NCBI GenBank assembly: GCA_905181955.1
Contig: CAJJAC010000008.1
Span: 69-64,068, forward strand
From: SAR86 cluster bacterium SAR86B
Lineage (GTDB): Bacteria > Pseudomonadota > Gammaproteobacteria > Magnimaribacterales > D2472
Reading direction: 5' to 3'
Length of the DNA: 64,000 bases
How positions within the stretch are numbered: position 1 is the first letter of the stretch; every line of letters starts with the position of its first letter. The notes under the pieces were generated by a model. The model did no database searches. It was not told where the DNA came from and worked only from the letters and a program-made list of their open reading frames with translations. Below are positions 12,648-24,365 of this stretch, in pieces. Both the position numbers and the translations under genes were made by a program.

Positions 12648-14502
12648 CTAAAGTTTCAAGTTCTGCTTTTTTTATATATACCAGTAGTAAATTTATAGCT
12701 GCCGGCGTTACGCCTTCTATTTTTGATGCCGCCCCAACTGTTGTTGGTTGTGTTTTGTTTAGTTTTTCCTTTACCTCGTTAGAGAGTCCTGATATTGATG
12801 TGTATGGAAAGTTCTTTGGAATGTCTTTTAGGTTAAGTTTTTTGTTTTTAAGGACTTCTCTTTTTTGCTTTTCTATATAGCCGCTATACTTTATCTCTAC
12901 CATGGCCCTATCTAAAAAAAGAAGGTTTTCTGGGCCTGTGTCTGATATCTCTATAATGTTTTCTCTGGAAATGTCTGTTCTTTTTAAAATTGTTTCTATG
13001 CTTGCCTTTTCCTTTAAGTCAATTTTTTTGCCGCTTGAGTCAATAAAGCTTTTTACTTTTCTTTTTATAATACTGTTTTCTAAGAAGGTGTTGTATGCAT
13101 TCTCTTTTTTCTCAAAGCTGTTGATTCTTTTTTCAGACACGAGGTCTGCTTTTTTTGCAATAATTAAAAGCCTTTGTTCGGCGTTATCTTGACCAAGCAT
13201 CAGCCTGTGTTCAGCTCGGCTTGTAAACATTCGGTAGGGCTCAGTTACACCATGTGTAGTAAGGTCGTTAATAAGAACGCCTATATAAGCCTCGCTTCTC
13301 TCTAATATTAGGCTCTCTTTGTTTTTAATTTTGTTTGCGGCGTTGGCTCCCGCCATAAGCCCTTGTGCAGCAGCCTCCTCATAGCCTGTTGTGCCATTTA
13401 TTTGCCCAGCTAGGTATAAATTTTTAAAAAACTTTGTTTCCATGGTTGGGTTTAAGGATCTTGGGTCTACAAAATCATATTCAACCGCGTAACCGTATTC
13501 CTCTATCTGAGAATTCTCCATTCCAGCAATTGAGTATATAAAATCTTCTTGTGCTTGTTTGGGCAGGCTGGTTGAAATGCCGTTAGGGTATACCAGGTCT
13601 TTGTTTATGCCCTCGGGCTCAATAAATATTTGATGGCTGTCTTTTCCTCCAAACTTAAAAACCTTGTCTTCAATAGAAGGGCAGTACCTGGGCCCTATGC
13701 CTGAGATGTTTCCGGAATACATCGCTGAAAGGTGAATGTTTTTCTTAATTATTTTGTGGGTGTTTTTGTTGGTTCTGGTTATATAGCAAGATAACTGCTT
13801 TTGGTGTTCTGTGGGGTGTTCTGATAAAGCCATCCAGGGTGTTGGGGTTTCTCCTTTTTGCTCCTCCATTAGGCCAAGGTCTAGGCTAGACATTTTAATT
13901 CTTGCCGGTGTGCCTGTTTTCAGCCTGCCCATTGGAAGGTTGAGGCTATATAGTTTTCTTGAAAGGGGTATTGCTGCGGACTCGCCGACTCTGCCGCCTT
14001 GAATTTTATCTTGGCCTGTATACATTATGCCGTTTAAAAATGTTCCTGTTGTTAGGATTGTTTTTTTACCCCTCACCTCTGTGTTGTCCGCCAAAAGAAC
14101 TCCAAAAACACTTTCCTTGTTTGACAATAGGTCTATTACCTCGCCTTCTATGATTTCGATGTCTGTTAGTTTGAGTGTGTCTTGAATTGCTTTTTTATAA
14201 AGCTCTCTATCGCACTGAGCTCTTAGGGCTTGAACAGAGTTACCTTTTCTTGTGTTTAGGGTTCTATATTGAATTCCTGACATGTCCGTTGCTTGAGCCA
14301 TTATTCCGCCCATGGCATCAACCTCCCTTACTAGGTGCGACTTGCCCAGCCCTCCTATCGCGGGATTACAAGACATTTGGCCAATGGTTTCGTATGAAAA
14401 AGACACAAGCGCGCAGCTTAGGCCGCTTCTGTAAACGGCGTGCGCAGCCTCCACCCCGGCATGGCCACCACCAACTACAACAACATCATATTCATTACTC
14501 AT
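12640..14502 (-). CDS. mnmG: tRNA uridine-5-carboxymethylaminomethyl modification enzyme (GidA)
   Basis: GGGHAG, MSCNPAIGG, GPRYCPSIEDK, AGQINGTTGYEEAAAQG. Confidence 0.99.
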   Translation of the reverse strand: MSNEYDVVVVGGGHAGVEAAHAVYRSGLSCALVSFSYETIGQMSCNPAIGGLGKSHLVREVDAMGGIMAQATDMSGIQYRTLNTRKGNSVQALRAQCDRELYKKAIQDTLKLTDIEIIEGEVIDLLSNKESVFGVLLADNTEVRGKKTILTTGTFLNGIMYTGQDKIQGGRVGESAAIPLSRKLYSLNLPMGRLKTGTPARIKMSSLDLGLMEEQKGETPTPWMALSEHPTEHQKQLSCYITRTNKNTHKIIKKNIHLSAMYSGNISGIGPRYCPSIEDKVFKFGGKDSHQIFIEPEGINKDLVYPNGISTSLPKQAQEDFIYSIAGMENSQIEEYGYAVEYDFVDPRSLNPTMETKFFKNLYLAGQINGTTGYEEAAAQGLMAGANAANKIKNKESLILERSEAYIGVLINDLTTHGVTEPYRMFTSRAEHRLMLGQDNAEQRLLIIAKKADLVSEKRINSFEKKENAYNTFLENSIIKRKVKSFIDSSGKKIDLKEKASIETILKRTDISRENIIEISDTGPENLLFLDRAMVEIKYSGYIEKQKREVLKNKKLNLKDIPKNFPYTSISGLSNEVKEKLNKTQPTTVGAASKIEGVTPAAINLLLVYIKKAELETLDA

Positions 14503-14739
14503 AATCTTTATTTATTAACAATAAAAAATTTATAACATAAGTATTATTATACTTATTGTTATTATTATTGGGTGTGGTTTTTTCTGTGCAAAACTCAAAC
14601 CACCCCAAACCCCAAAAGGCCTAAGGGTTGTTTACAAACAACACTAAACCCTTTGGAAAAGCTATAAACAAGCTTTACAAAAACTGTTGACTAAAAAAAC
14701 AGTATTTTTTAACAACAGCCTATACACATAAAAATAACA
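14503..14739. other. Probable chromosomal replication origin (oriC / oriCII-like)
   Basis: 237 bp AT-rich intergenic region upstream of mnmG. It holds a consensus DnaA box TTTTGCACA (minus, 14585-14593), near-boxes at 14512, 14662, 14706 and 14720, and a TAT-repeat tract at 14541-14570. Strand composition flips here. Confidence 0.7.
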
Positions 14740-16056
14740 CTATTTGCCTATACAAAAATCACTAAAAATATCTCCAAGAAGAGAGTCAGAAGTTTTAACC
14801 CCAACCACCTCATCAAAAGACGCCCTTGCAAACCGCAGATCCTCCGCAGCCAACTCAACATCACTCCCGGACCTCAATTTAAACATAGCGGCCTCAAGAA
14901 AACCCAACCCCTCATCAAACAACTTAATATGACGACTTCGAGCGAAATACTTTTGACCATCAGGCCCGGCATTCTCAGAAACTAAAGATATTTTATTCTT
15001 AAGCTCCGTTACACCATCTCCGTTTTTTGCAGAAACCAAAACATCAAACAAACCATCTTTATTAAAAACACCCAAATCAGACTTATTTAGGACAGATATA
15101 AAATTTTTACCACCAGCGAGTGCTTTTATTTTATTAAGCTCTTTATCACACAAGGAATCAAAAACACCAACAACAACATCAACATCTTTTATGTGTGCAA
15201 TTGTTAACTCTATTCCTTTGCCCTCTACAACATCCTCAGTGCTTCTTATGCCGGCGCTATCAAGAACACCAAAGGAAGAGTTGTTATAAAAAACCTCAGA
15301 CTCAATCAAATCCCTTGTTGTTCCCGGTATATCAGACACCAGGGCTCGATCAGAACCCAACAACCTGTTAAACAATGAGGATTTTCCAGAATTGGGCGGA
15401 CCAACAAACAAAACCATTTTCTTTAACTCACCCTCCCCAGCCAAGTAGCATTTATTTACAAACCCACCAAAGTCAGCACAAAGGCATGAAATATCATCTA
15501 CAACACCACCCTCTTTTATAAAATCATAATCTTCATCAGAAAAATCTATTGACCCCTCAATAAACTTTCTAAGAGTATCAACCCTTTCCGAGAAGCTATA
15601 AAGTTCTTCAGAAAACCCCCCGCTTAAGGAGTTTAAGGAAACCTCTAAAACCTCTTTACTAGAGGCGTTGATAACATCCACAACACTCTCAGCCTCACTT
15701 AAAGATAGCTTATTATTTAAAAATGCACGCTTTGTAAACTCACCAGGGCCAGCCTCGTCAAAATCCAACTCTTTAAATAAATCAACCACAGACCCCATAA
15801 CAGCAAGGCCGCCATGAGCGTATACCTCAAAAGAATCTTCGCCCGTATAACCAGAAGACCCTTTAAAAAAAACAACACCAACACTATCTATGACACCTGA
15901 TTGAGAAATTAACGAACTGTGATAAAACCTTCTCGGCTCAATTGGAGGATTGCCAAAAATAGAACCAAGAACTTTTAAACAACCATCTCCAGAAACCCTA
16001 AAAACACAAAGGGCAGACTTAGAGGCGGGTGTTGCTAAGGCAAAAACAATAGACAA
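14740..16056 (-). CDS. mnmE: tRNA modification GTPase
   Basis: GEFTKRAFLN, GPPNSGKSS, PGTTRD, DSAG, NKSD, C-terminal FCIGK; TTG start. Confidence 0.97.
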   Translation of the reverse strand: MSIVFALATPASKSALCVFRVSGDGCLKVLGSIFGNPPIEPRRFYHSSLISQSGVIDSVGVVFFKGSSGYTGEDSFEVYAHGGLAVMGSVVDLFKELDFDEAGPGEFTKRAFLNNKLSLSEAESVVDVINASSKEVLEVSLNSLSGGFSEELYSFSERVDTLRKFIEGSIDFSDEDYDFIKEGGVVDDISCLCADFGGFVNKCYLAGEGELKKMVLFVGPPNSGKSSLFNRLLGSDRALVSDIPGTTRDLIESEVFYNNSSFGVLDSAGIRSTEDVVEGKGIELTIAHIKDVDVVVGVFDSLCDKELNKIKALAGGKNFISVLNKSDLGVFNKDGLFDVLVSAKNGDGVTELKNKISLVSENAGPDGQKYFARSRHIKLFDEGLGFLEAAMFKLRSGSDVELAAEDLRFARASFDEVVGVKTSDSLLGDIFSDFCIGK

Positions 16057-16061
16057 AACAA

Positions 16062-17609
16062 TTACTCGGTTAGTTTAGCGCCAACAGTTTTGTAGATAAA
16101 TACCTGTTGCAGATAAGTAACAAGGGCATTTGTTACTGAATACAAAACCAAACCAGAGGGAAGAAACACAAAGAAAATTGAAAACATTATTGGCATAAAC
16201 TTCATAACAGCCATCTGTGTTGGGTCCGATCCAGGCATTGGCGGCGCCAGTTTCTGAGTCATAAACATAATAAAAGCCATCAGCATTGGCAGAATAAACA
16301 AAGGGTCTGGAGCTGACAAATCTTGTAACCAAAGACCAAGAGGGGCATGCCTAAGCTCAACGCTTTCACGCAGAGCAAAAAATAAAGCTATAAAAAACGG
16401 AAACTGAGGAAGCATTGGTAAGCAACCACCAAGAGGGTTTATGCCCTTTTTACCATAAAACGCCATTGTCTCAACCTGGGCCTTTTGAGGATCATTTTTA
16501 TATCTATTCTTAATCTCAACAACATCATCCTGATAGAGTCGCATTTTTGCTACAGACCTAAAGCCTTTAGCTGACAAAGGCCAAAAAATAGCTTTAATAA
16601 TAAACGTCAATAGAATGATAGAAATCCCCCAGTTACCAACCAGGTCGTTTATTTTAGCAAGCAACCAAACCATTGGTTGAGCTAAAAACCAAAACCAACC
16701 CATGTCTATTGATAACTCAAGATCACTTACACCCCTTTTGTTTGCTAAAACATCTCTCGTTTTGGGCCCTATAAAAACTCTGTGCTCAAAAGAATTAAGC
16801 ATCTCAAAGCTCTCTATGTCCGGCTCAACAAAATAACCCATTGAAAAAAGATCTGTGTCTGATTTTGGGTTAGCAAAGAAAGAGTAATCATACTTATCTG
16901 ATCCCAGAATAGAGGCCATGAAATATTTTTGAATAAAGGCAACCCAGCCACCACTTTGTCTATATACCTGAGATTCATCAAGGGATCGCAGTCTTGTGTT
17001 TTTATAAGGATCCTCTTTGGTATTAAACGCAACACCTCTATAAGATGCATTTGTAAAAAAACCTGTAGGCATGTCAATTGGAAGAGCCTGATTTCTATAT
17101 AATGCTATATAAGGCTTAAAAGAGGTACCTGATAAATTTTCATCAAATATATTTATCTCATATGGAGTTTCAGACAAAGATATTGTTTTTCTAGCACCAA
17201 CCTCTTTCGACTCAAGAATAATTTTATTAGTATCTGAGGCAACAACCGTGTAAGGAAAAGGTGTATTTTTATTTAAGCCACTAAACCCACTTTTTAAGTA
17301 GTACTTTAATGCAGCCTCACCCGACGGAGATTTCTCACCAGAACCTAAAACCCTCACACCTCTTTGTGAGCCAGGGTAAACAGGGAACTCTTTGAGCCTT
17401 GATTCAACAATTAAACCATTTTTATTATTAATACTTAGTTTTAATAAATCATTTTCTAAAATAGATATATTACCAAGGCCATCTACCTCAAACTCAGCAC
17501 GGGATTCTTCAACACCAACCTCTTTAGCTTTTTGAACCTGGCCCCATTGAAAAAACAAAACATAAGACAGCGACAGAACAATTGCCATGTAAATATATCT
17601 CGGGTTCAT
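16062..17609 (-). CDS. yidC: Membrane protein insertase
   Basis: GWVAFIQKYF, NWGISII, NPLGGCLP, DLSAPDP, PSGLVLY. Confidence 0.96.
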   Translation of the reverse strand: MNPRYIYMAIVLSLSYVLFFQWGQVQKAKEVGVEESRAEFEVDGLGNISILENDLLKLSINNKNGLIVESRLKEFPVYPGSQRGVRVLGSGEKSPSGEAALKYYLKSGFSGLNKNTPFPYTVVASDTNKIILESKEVGARKTISLSETPYEINIFDENLSGTSFKPYIALYRNQALPIDMPTGFFTNASYRGVAFNTKEDPYKNTRLRSLDESQVYRQSGGWVAFIQKYFMASILGSDKYDYSFFANPKSDTDLFSMGYFVEPDIESFEMLNSFEHRVFIGPKTRDVLANKRGVSDLELSIDMGWFWFLAQPMVWLLAKINDLVGNWGISIILLTFIIKAIFWPLSAKGFRSVAKMRLYQDDVVEIKNRYKNDPQKAQVETMAFYGKKGINPLGGCLPMLPQFPFFIALFFALRESVELRHAPLGLWLQDLSAPDPLFILPMLMAFIMFMTQKLAPPMPGSDPTQMAVMKFMPIMFSIFFVFLPSGLVLYSVTNALVTYLQQVFIYKTVGAKLTE

Positions 17610-17631
17610 ATCAGCCTTATTTTTTTTTGTA

Positions 17632-17910
17632 TCATAATTTTACAGCTTTACATATCTCAAAAGAAGCTTCTTGATAACTTAATAATAAAAAAGGTTTAAA
17701 AACCATAATTACAAAAAGCTCATCATTTTTATTTAAATCATTTAAATGAAAAATGCTTTTAATCTGTCGTTTAATTTTATTTCTAGTAACAGCAAGCTTA
17801 AAATTTTTTTTTGGTGTAGCTATTCTTAGTTCAGATTGACTAGAGGGAACTTGAAAAATTTTAAGATTTTTAGATACAAATACTGGCTTTGGAAGCCTTT
17901 GAAGAGCCAA
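17632..17910 (-). CDS. rnpA: Ribonuclease P protein component (short, divergent)
   Basis: RNR motif KK..KLAVTRNKIKRQIK; located between rpmH and yidC. Confidence 0.85.
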   Translation of the reverse strand: MALQRLPKPVFVSKNLKIFQVPSSQSELRIATPKKNFKLAVTRNKIKRQIKSIFHLNDLNKNDELFVIMVFKPFLLLSYQEASFEICKAVKL

Positions 17911-17915
17911 TTTAT

Positions 17916-18050
17916 TTAAGCAGAAAGAACCTTTCTACCCTTTTTTCTTCTATTAGAAAGTACAGCCCTGCCTGCTTTTGTAGCCATGCGAGCTCTAAAG
18001 CCATGAGTTCTGCTTCTTTTAAGTGTGCTAGGTTGAAATGTTCTTTTCAT
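17916..18050 (-). CDS. rpmH: 50S ribosomal protein L34
   Basis: Hand translation [44 protein letters not shown] (44 aa); not in the ORF track. Confidence 0.99.
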   Translation of the reverse strand: MKRTFQPSTLKRSRTHGFRARMATKAGRAVLSNRRKKGRKVLSA

Positions 18051-18229
18051 ATCCGTCCTGTTAAATTAGGTCGTGCATTATAGCGCAAAAATAAAAAAAA
18101 CAACCCATTATCTTAATAAAGTGTTGATATTTATTTATTAACAACTTATCCACAAGAAATACTAATACTTATCCTGTAGATATCTTGTTAATTTTTGTTA
18201 GACTATGAGGTCTATTTTAGGAGAATGAT
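18051..18229. promoter_or_regulatory. rpmH-dnaA divergent promoter region with DnaA boxes
   Basis: Perfect TTATCCACA at 18146-18154, TTATTAACA at 18135-18143, weaker minus-strand boxes at 18122 and 18175; TATAAT (minus, 18077-18082) upstream of rpmH; AGGAG SD before dnaA. Confidence 0.8.
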
Positions 18230-19525
18230 TTGGAATTTTGGTCAAAATTTACAGAAAAGCTTGAAAACAAGCTTACACAAGAAGAGTTTAACACCTGGAT
18301 TCGCCCCCTAAAAGGCAATTTAAATAAAGACACTCTTGAAATAACAGCACCAAATGACTTTGTTTTAAACTATGTGGTTCAAAACCTATCAGACGAAATT
18401 AATCAAATTATTAGCAAAGAGCTAAAAAAGGACATAAGTCTTGTTTATAAAACCATTGATAAAGAAACATTTGTTGATAAATATAGCTCCCCAAAGACAA
18501 AATCGGGCCCAAAACTAGTTAATCATTATGTTTTTGACAATTTTGTAGAGGGCAAGTCTAATCATGTTGCTTTAGCTGCAGCAAAACAAGTGGCCTCTAA
18601 CCCAAGTGGCGACTATAACCCGCTATTTATATATGGAGGGGTTGGTTTGGGTAAAACGCATTTAATGCATGCGGTTGGAAACCAAATTCTTAAAGAAAGT
18701 CCTGAAAAAAGAGTTGTTTATGTTCATTCAGAAAAATTTGTTTCTGATATGGTTAAAGCGCTCCAGCTGGGCGCAATGAACGAGTTTAAGTCATTTTATA
18801 GAAATGCAGACGCCCTTTTGATAGACGACATACAGTTTTTCGCAGGCAAAGAGCAGTCCCAAGAAGAGTTTTTTCATACATTTAATGCATTACTAGATCA
18901 AGACAATCAAATGATTCTAACTTGTGACAAATACCCCAAAGAAATTGATGGGTTGGAGGACAGGTTAAAGTCAAGACTTGGATGGGGGCTTCCAGTGGTA
19001 ATTGACCCTCCAGAGCTTGAAACAAGAGCAGCTGTGCTTCTGAAAAAAGCAAGTTTAATGGGTGTAGACCTGCCAAGTGATTGCGCTATTTATATTGCGC
19101 AAAGAATTAGATCAAACATTAGAGAGCTTGAAGGAGCCCTTAAGAGAGTTTCTGCCAATTCAAAATTCACAAATCAGCCGATAGATATTGCCTTGGTTAA
19201 AGATGCATTAAAAGATCTTTTTGTGATATCCGCTAAAATGGTAAGCATAGAAAATATTCAAAAAACCGTTTCCGAATATTACAACATCAAACTTTCTGAT
19301 CTTTTATCAAAAAGAAGGAGTAGGTCCATAACAAGACCAAGACAATTAGCCATGGCCTTAACCAAAGAATTAACAAATCACAGCCTGCCAGAAATAGGAG
19401 AAGCTTTTAACGGAAGAGACCACACCACAGTGCTCCACGCGTGTAAAAAAATTGCAGAACTTAGAAAGGAAGACCCTTCCCAGGAAGAGGATTATAGAAA
19501 TTTAAACAGAGCATTAACAAACTAA
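18230..19525 (+). CDS. dnaA: Chromosomal replication initiator
   Basis: [33 protein letters not shown]; short domain II; TTG start. Confidence 0.99.
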   Translation: MEFWSKFTEKLENKLTQEEFNTWIRPLKGNLNKDTLEITAPNDFVLNYVVQNLSDEINQIISKELKKDISLVYKTIDKETFVDKYSSPKTKSGPKLVNHYVFDNFVEGKSNHVALAAAKQVASNPSGDYNPLFIYGGVGLGKTHLMHAVGNQILKESPEKRVVYVHSEKFVSDMVKALQLGAMNEFKSFYRNADALLIDDIQFFAGKEQSQEEFFHTFNALLDQDNQMILTCDKYPKEIDGLEDRLKSRLGWGLPVVIDPPELETRAAVLLKKASLMGVDLPSDCAIYIAQRIRSNIRELEGALKRVSANSKFTNQPIDIALVKDALKDLFVISAKMVSIENIQKTVSEYYNIKLSDLLSKRRSRSITRPRQLAMALTKELTNHSLPEIGEAFNGRDHTTVLHACKKIAELRKEDPSQEEDYRNLNRALTN

Positions 19526-19527
19526 TT

Positions 19528-20631
19528 ATGGATTTTTACGTAAAAAAACAAGATATAGTAAAAGCCCTATCTTTAACGCTTGGGGTTGTTGAGAAAAGAC
19601 AAACACTTCCCATTTTATCTAATGTATTAATCGAGGTAGATGAGGGCTCTATGCAGTTAACAGCAACAGACCTTGAATCACAAATCTCCACAAGCTCTGT
19701 GGTTTCTAACTTCATTAGTGGCGGCAAAACAACAGCATCAGCAAAAAAATTAAGTGAGCTTTGCAGACTATTGCCAGATGATTCAGAAATCCATATATCT
19801 CTAGATGGAGATAAGTTAGTGATTGAATCTGGAACAGGTAAATACAACTTAAAAACTTTGCCAAGTGACGGCTTTCCTATTTTTGAAGAAGAGAGTGAGG
19901 GAGAGGCCATTCAAATAGACTCGAAGAAACTTAAATCATTAATCAATAAAACATCTTTTGCTATGGGCAATCAGGACTGGAGACATTACTTAAACGGCCT
20001 TTATATCACCGTTGAGGGCTCAAATATCCTTGCAGTAGCCTCTGATGCGCACAGACTAGCAATAGCATCAACAGATCTAGACGCAGTCTCGTCAAACAAC
20101 ACAAGTGGAATAATTCCCAGAAAATCAATTAATGAAATAGCTAAGCTTGTTGGAGATGTAGAGGGTGTTGTGGAAGTTAACCTAAGCAATAGCTCTATAA
20201 AAACTAGTACGCCAAATGCCTCATTTGTTAGTAAGTTGATTGAAGGCAAATTCCCTGACTATGAACAGGTTATACCATCTGGAGATAGCTCAGTTTTAAA
20301 GGTTTCTACAAAAAAATTCTCTGAAGCTTTAAGCAGAGTTAGCGTACTCTCTAGTGATAAATATAGAGGCGTAAGAATGGTTACATCTAGCGAAGGCGTT
20401 ATGATATCAGCCAATAATCCTGAGCAAGAAGAGGGCGAAGAGTTCTTTAATACAAATTATGAAGGCGAGAATCTAGATATAGCTTTTAACGTTAACTATT
20501 TTCAAGAAATATTATCGACGCTAGATGATGATGAGTGTGAGATTCATTTCTTTGGTGCAGACAAGAGCTGCCTAATAACTCCTCCAAACAGCCAACATCT
20601 TAAATATGTTGTTATGCCTCTGCTTATATAG
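19528..20631 (+). CDS. dnaN: DNA polymerase III beta clamp
   Basis: QTLPILSN, ATDLE, SDAHRLA, GKFPDY, VVMPL. Confidence 0.98.
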   Translation: MDFYVKKQDIVKALSLTLGVVEKRQTLPILSNVLIEVDEGSMQLTATDLESQISTSSVVSNFISGGKTTASAKKLSELCRLLPDDSEIHISLDGDKLVIESGTGKYNLKTLPSDGFPIFEEESEGEAIQIDSKKLKSLINKTSFAMGNQDWRHYLNGLYITVEGSNILAVASDAHRLAIASTDLDAVSSNNTSGIIPRKSINEIAKLVGDVEGVVEVNLSNSSIKTSTPNASFVSKLIEGKFPDYEQVIPSGDSSVLKVSTKKFSEALSRVSVLSSDKYRGVRMVTSSEGVMISANNPEQEEGEEFFNTNYEGENLDIAFNVNYFQEILSTLDDDECEIHFFGADKSCLITPPNSQHLKYVVMPLLI

Positions 20632-21707
20632 TGGCATTAAGCTCTATAACCCTTTCCAGCTTTAGATGCTTCAATTCCCTCAAGATTGACCTTTCACCTA
20701 GAGCTAATTTTTTTTACGGAAAAAATGGTTCAGGAAAGACATCAATACTAGAAGCTATATATTTAGTTTGCAGCGGCAGATCCTTTAAAAGCAGTAATAT
20801 TGAATCAGCAGTAATGCTTGATAAGGAAAGCTTTCATCTCAAAGCTTATGATAATGAATCTGGTTTTATAATAGAGGCCTATAAAGAAAGAAGTAAATCT
20901 ATCCAACTAAAACTAAATAACAAAAAAATAACAATTAGCGAAGCTGCAAAAACTTTCCCCGCCACTATTATTGATAATAAAACATTTTCCTTTACAGAGG
21001 CTGCTCCAGCCTTTAGAAGAAAAATATTAGACCGCGCAGTTTTTTTAAGTGATGAGAGTTATTCAGCTAATTGGTTTGCTTATTTCAGAGCACTGAAACA
21101 AAGAAATAAACTTTTAAAAGATAGACAGCTTGCATCGCTAGAGCCTTGGAGCGAAAAGTTAGCTTCATTAGGCGAGACTCTAACTGACAAACGTAAAATT
21201 TTTTTTGATCAAACTAAAAATGAATTTAGCAACATAATAAAAAGCCTTAACCTTAAAGCTGAAAAAATTTTTATAAACGATATTGATGTTCAATATGATC
21301 AAGGGTGGTGTAATTCACAAGACCTTATAAGCACTTTAACTTTGGAGAGAGATACAGACATAAGAAGAAAAGTAACAACGCGAGGCCCCCATAAAGCTGA
21401 TATTAAAATCTATATAAAAAATGTTGATGCCAAAGAGATATTATCAAGAGGCGAGCAAAAGCTTTTAGCAATTATCTGGCTATGCTCGCAGCATGAAGTT
21501 CTAAGATCTATTTATGGAATTAAACCAACCTTGCTTATTGATGACGTTAAATCAGAACTAGATATTGATACCTTTAATATTTATATATCCCTGTTAAAAC
21601 TTATTGAAAATCAAGTCATTTTTTCAAACATAGAAGACCAAATTAATAGTAAAATAGAGGCTGAATTAATTAATATTAAAAAGTTCCATGTGGAACAATT
21701 GAGTTAA
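20631..21707 (+). CDS. recF: DNA replication/repair protein RecF
   Basis: GKNGSGKTSILEAI, GPHKAD, LSRGEQK, LLIDD..SELD; GTG start. Confidence 0.95.
   Translation: MALSSITLSSFRCFNSLKIDLSPRANFFYGKNGSGKTSILEAIYLVCSGRSFKSSNIESAVMLDKESFHLKAYDNESGFIIEAYKERSKSIQLKLNNKKITISEAAKTFPATIIDNKTFSFTEAAPAFRRKILDRAVFLSDESYSANWFAYFRALKQRNKLLKDRQLASLEPWSEKLASLGETLTDKRKIFFDQTKNEFSNIIKSLNLKAEKIFINDIDVQYDQGWCNSQDLISTLTLERDTDIRRKVTTRGPHKADIKIYIKNVDAKEILSRGEQKLLAIIWLCSQHEVLRSIYGIKPTLLIDDVKSELDIDTFNIYISLLKLIENQVIFSNIEDQINSKIEAELINIKKFHVEQLS
21682..21697. promoter_or_regulatory. parS centromere-like site inside the recF 3' end
   Basis: AGTTCCATGTGGAACA matches TGTTCCACGTGGAACA at 14 of 16 positions. It encodes FHVEQ and lies about 7 kb from oriC, with parAB in the window. 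Confidence 0.8.
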
Positions 21708-21710
21708 TAA

Positions 21711-24331
<2,621 letters not shown>

Positions 24332-24365
24332 TTATAGTTTCCTATATTTTACCCCTAGCATATAA

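Noticed and set aside
17889-18083. 64-aa plus-strand ORF from the track
   Set aside because: It is the antisense shadow of rpmH
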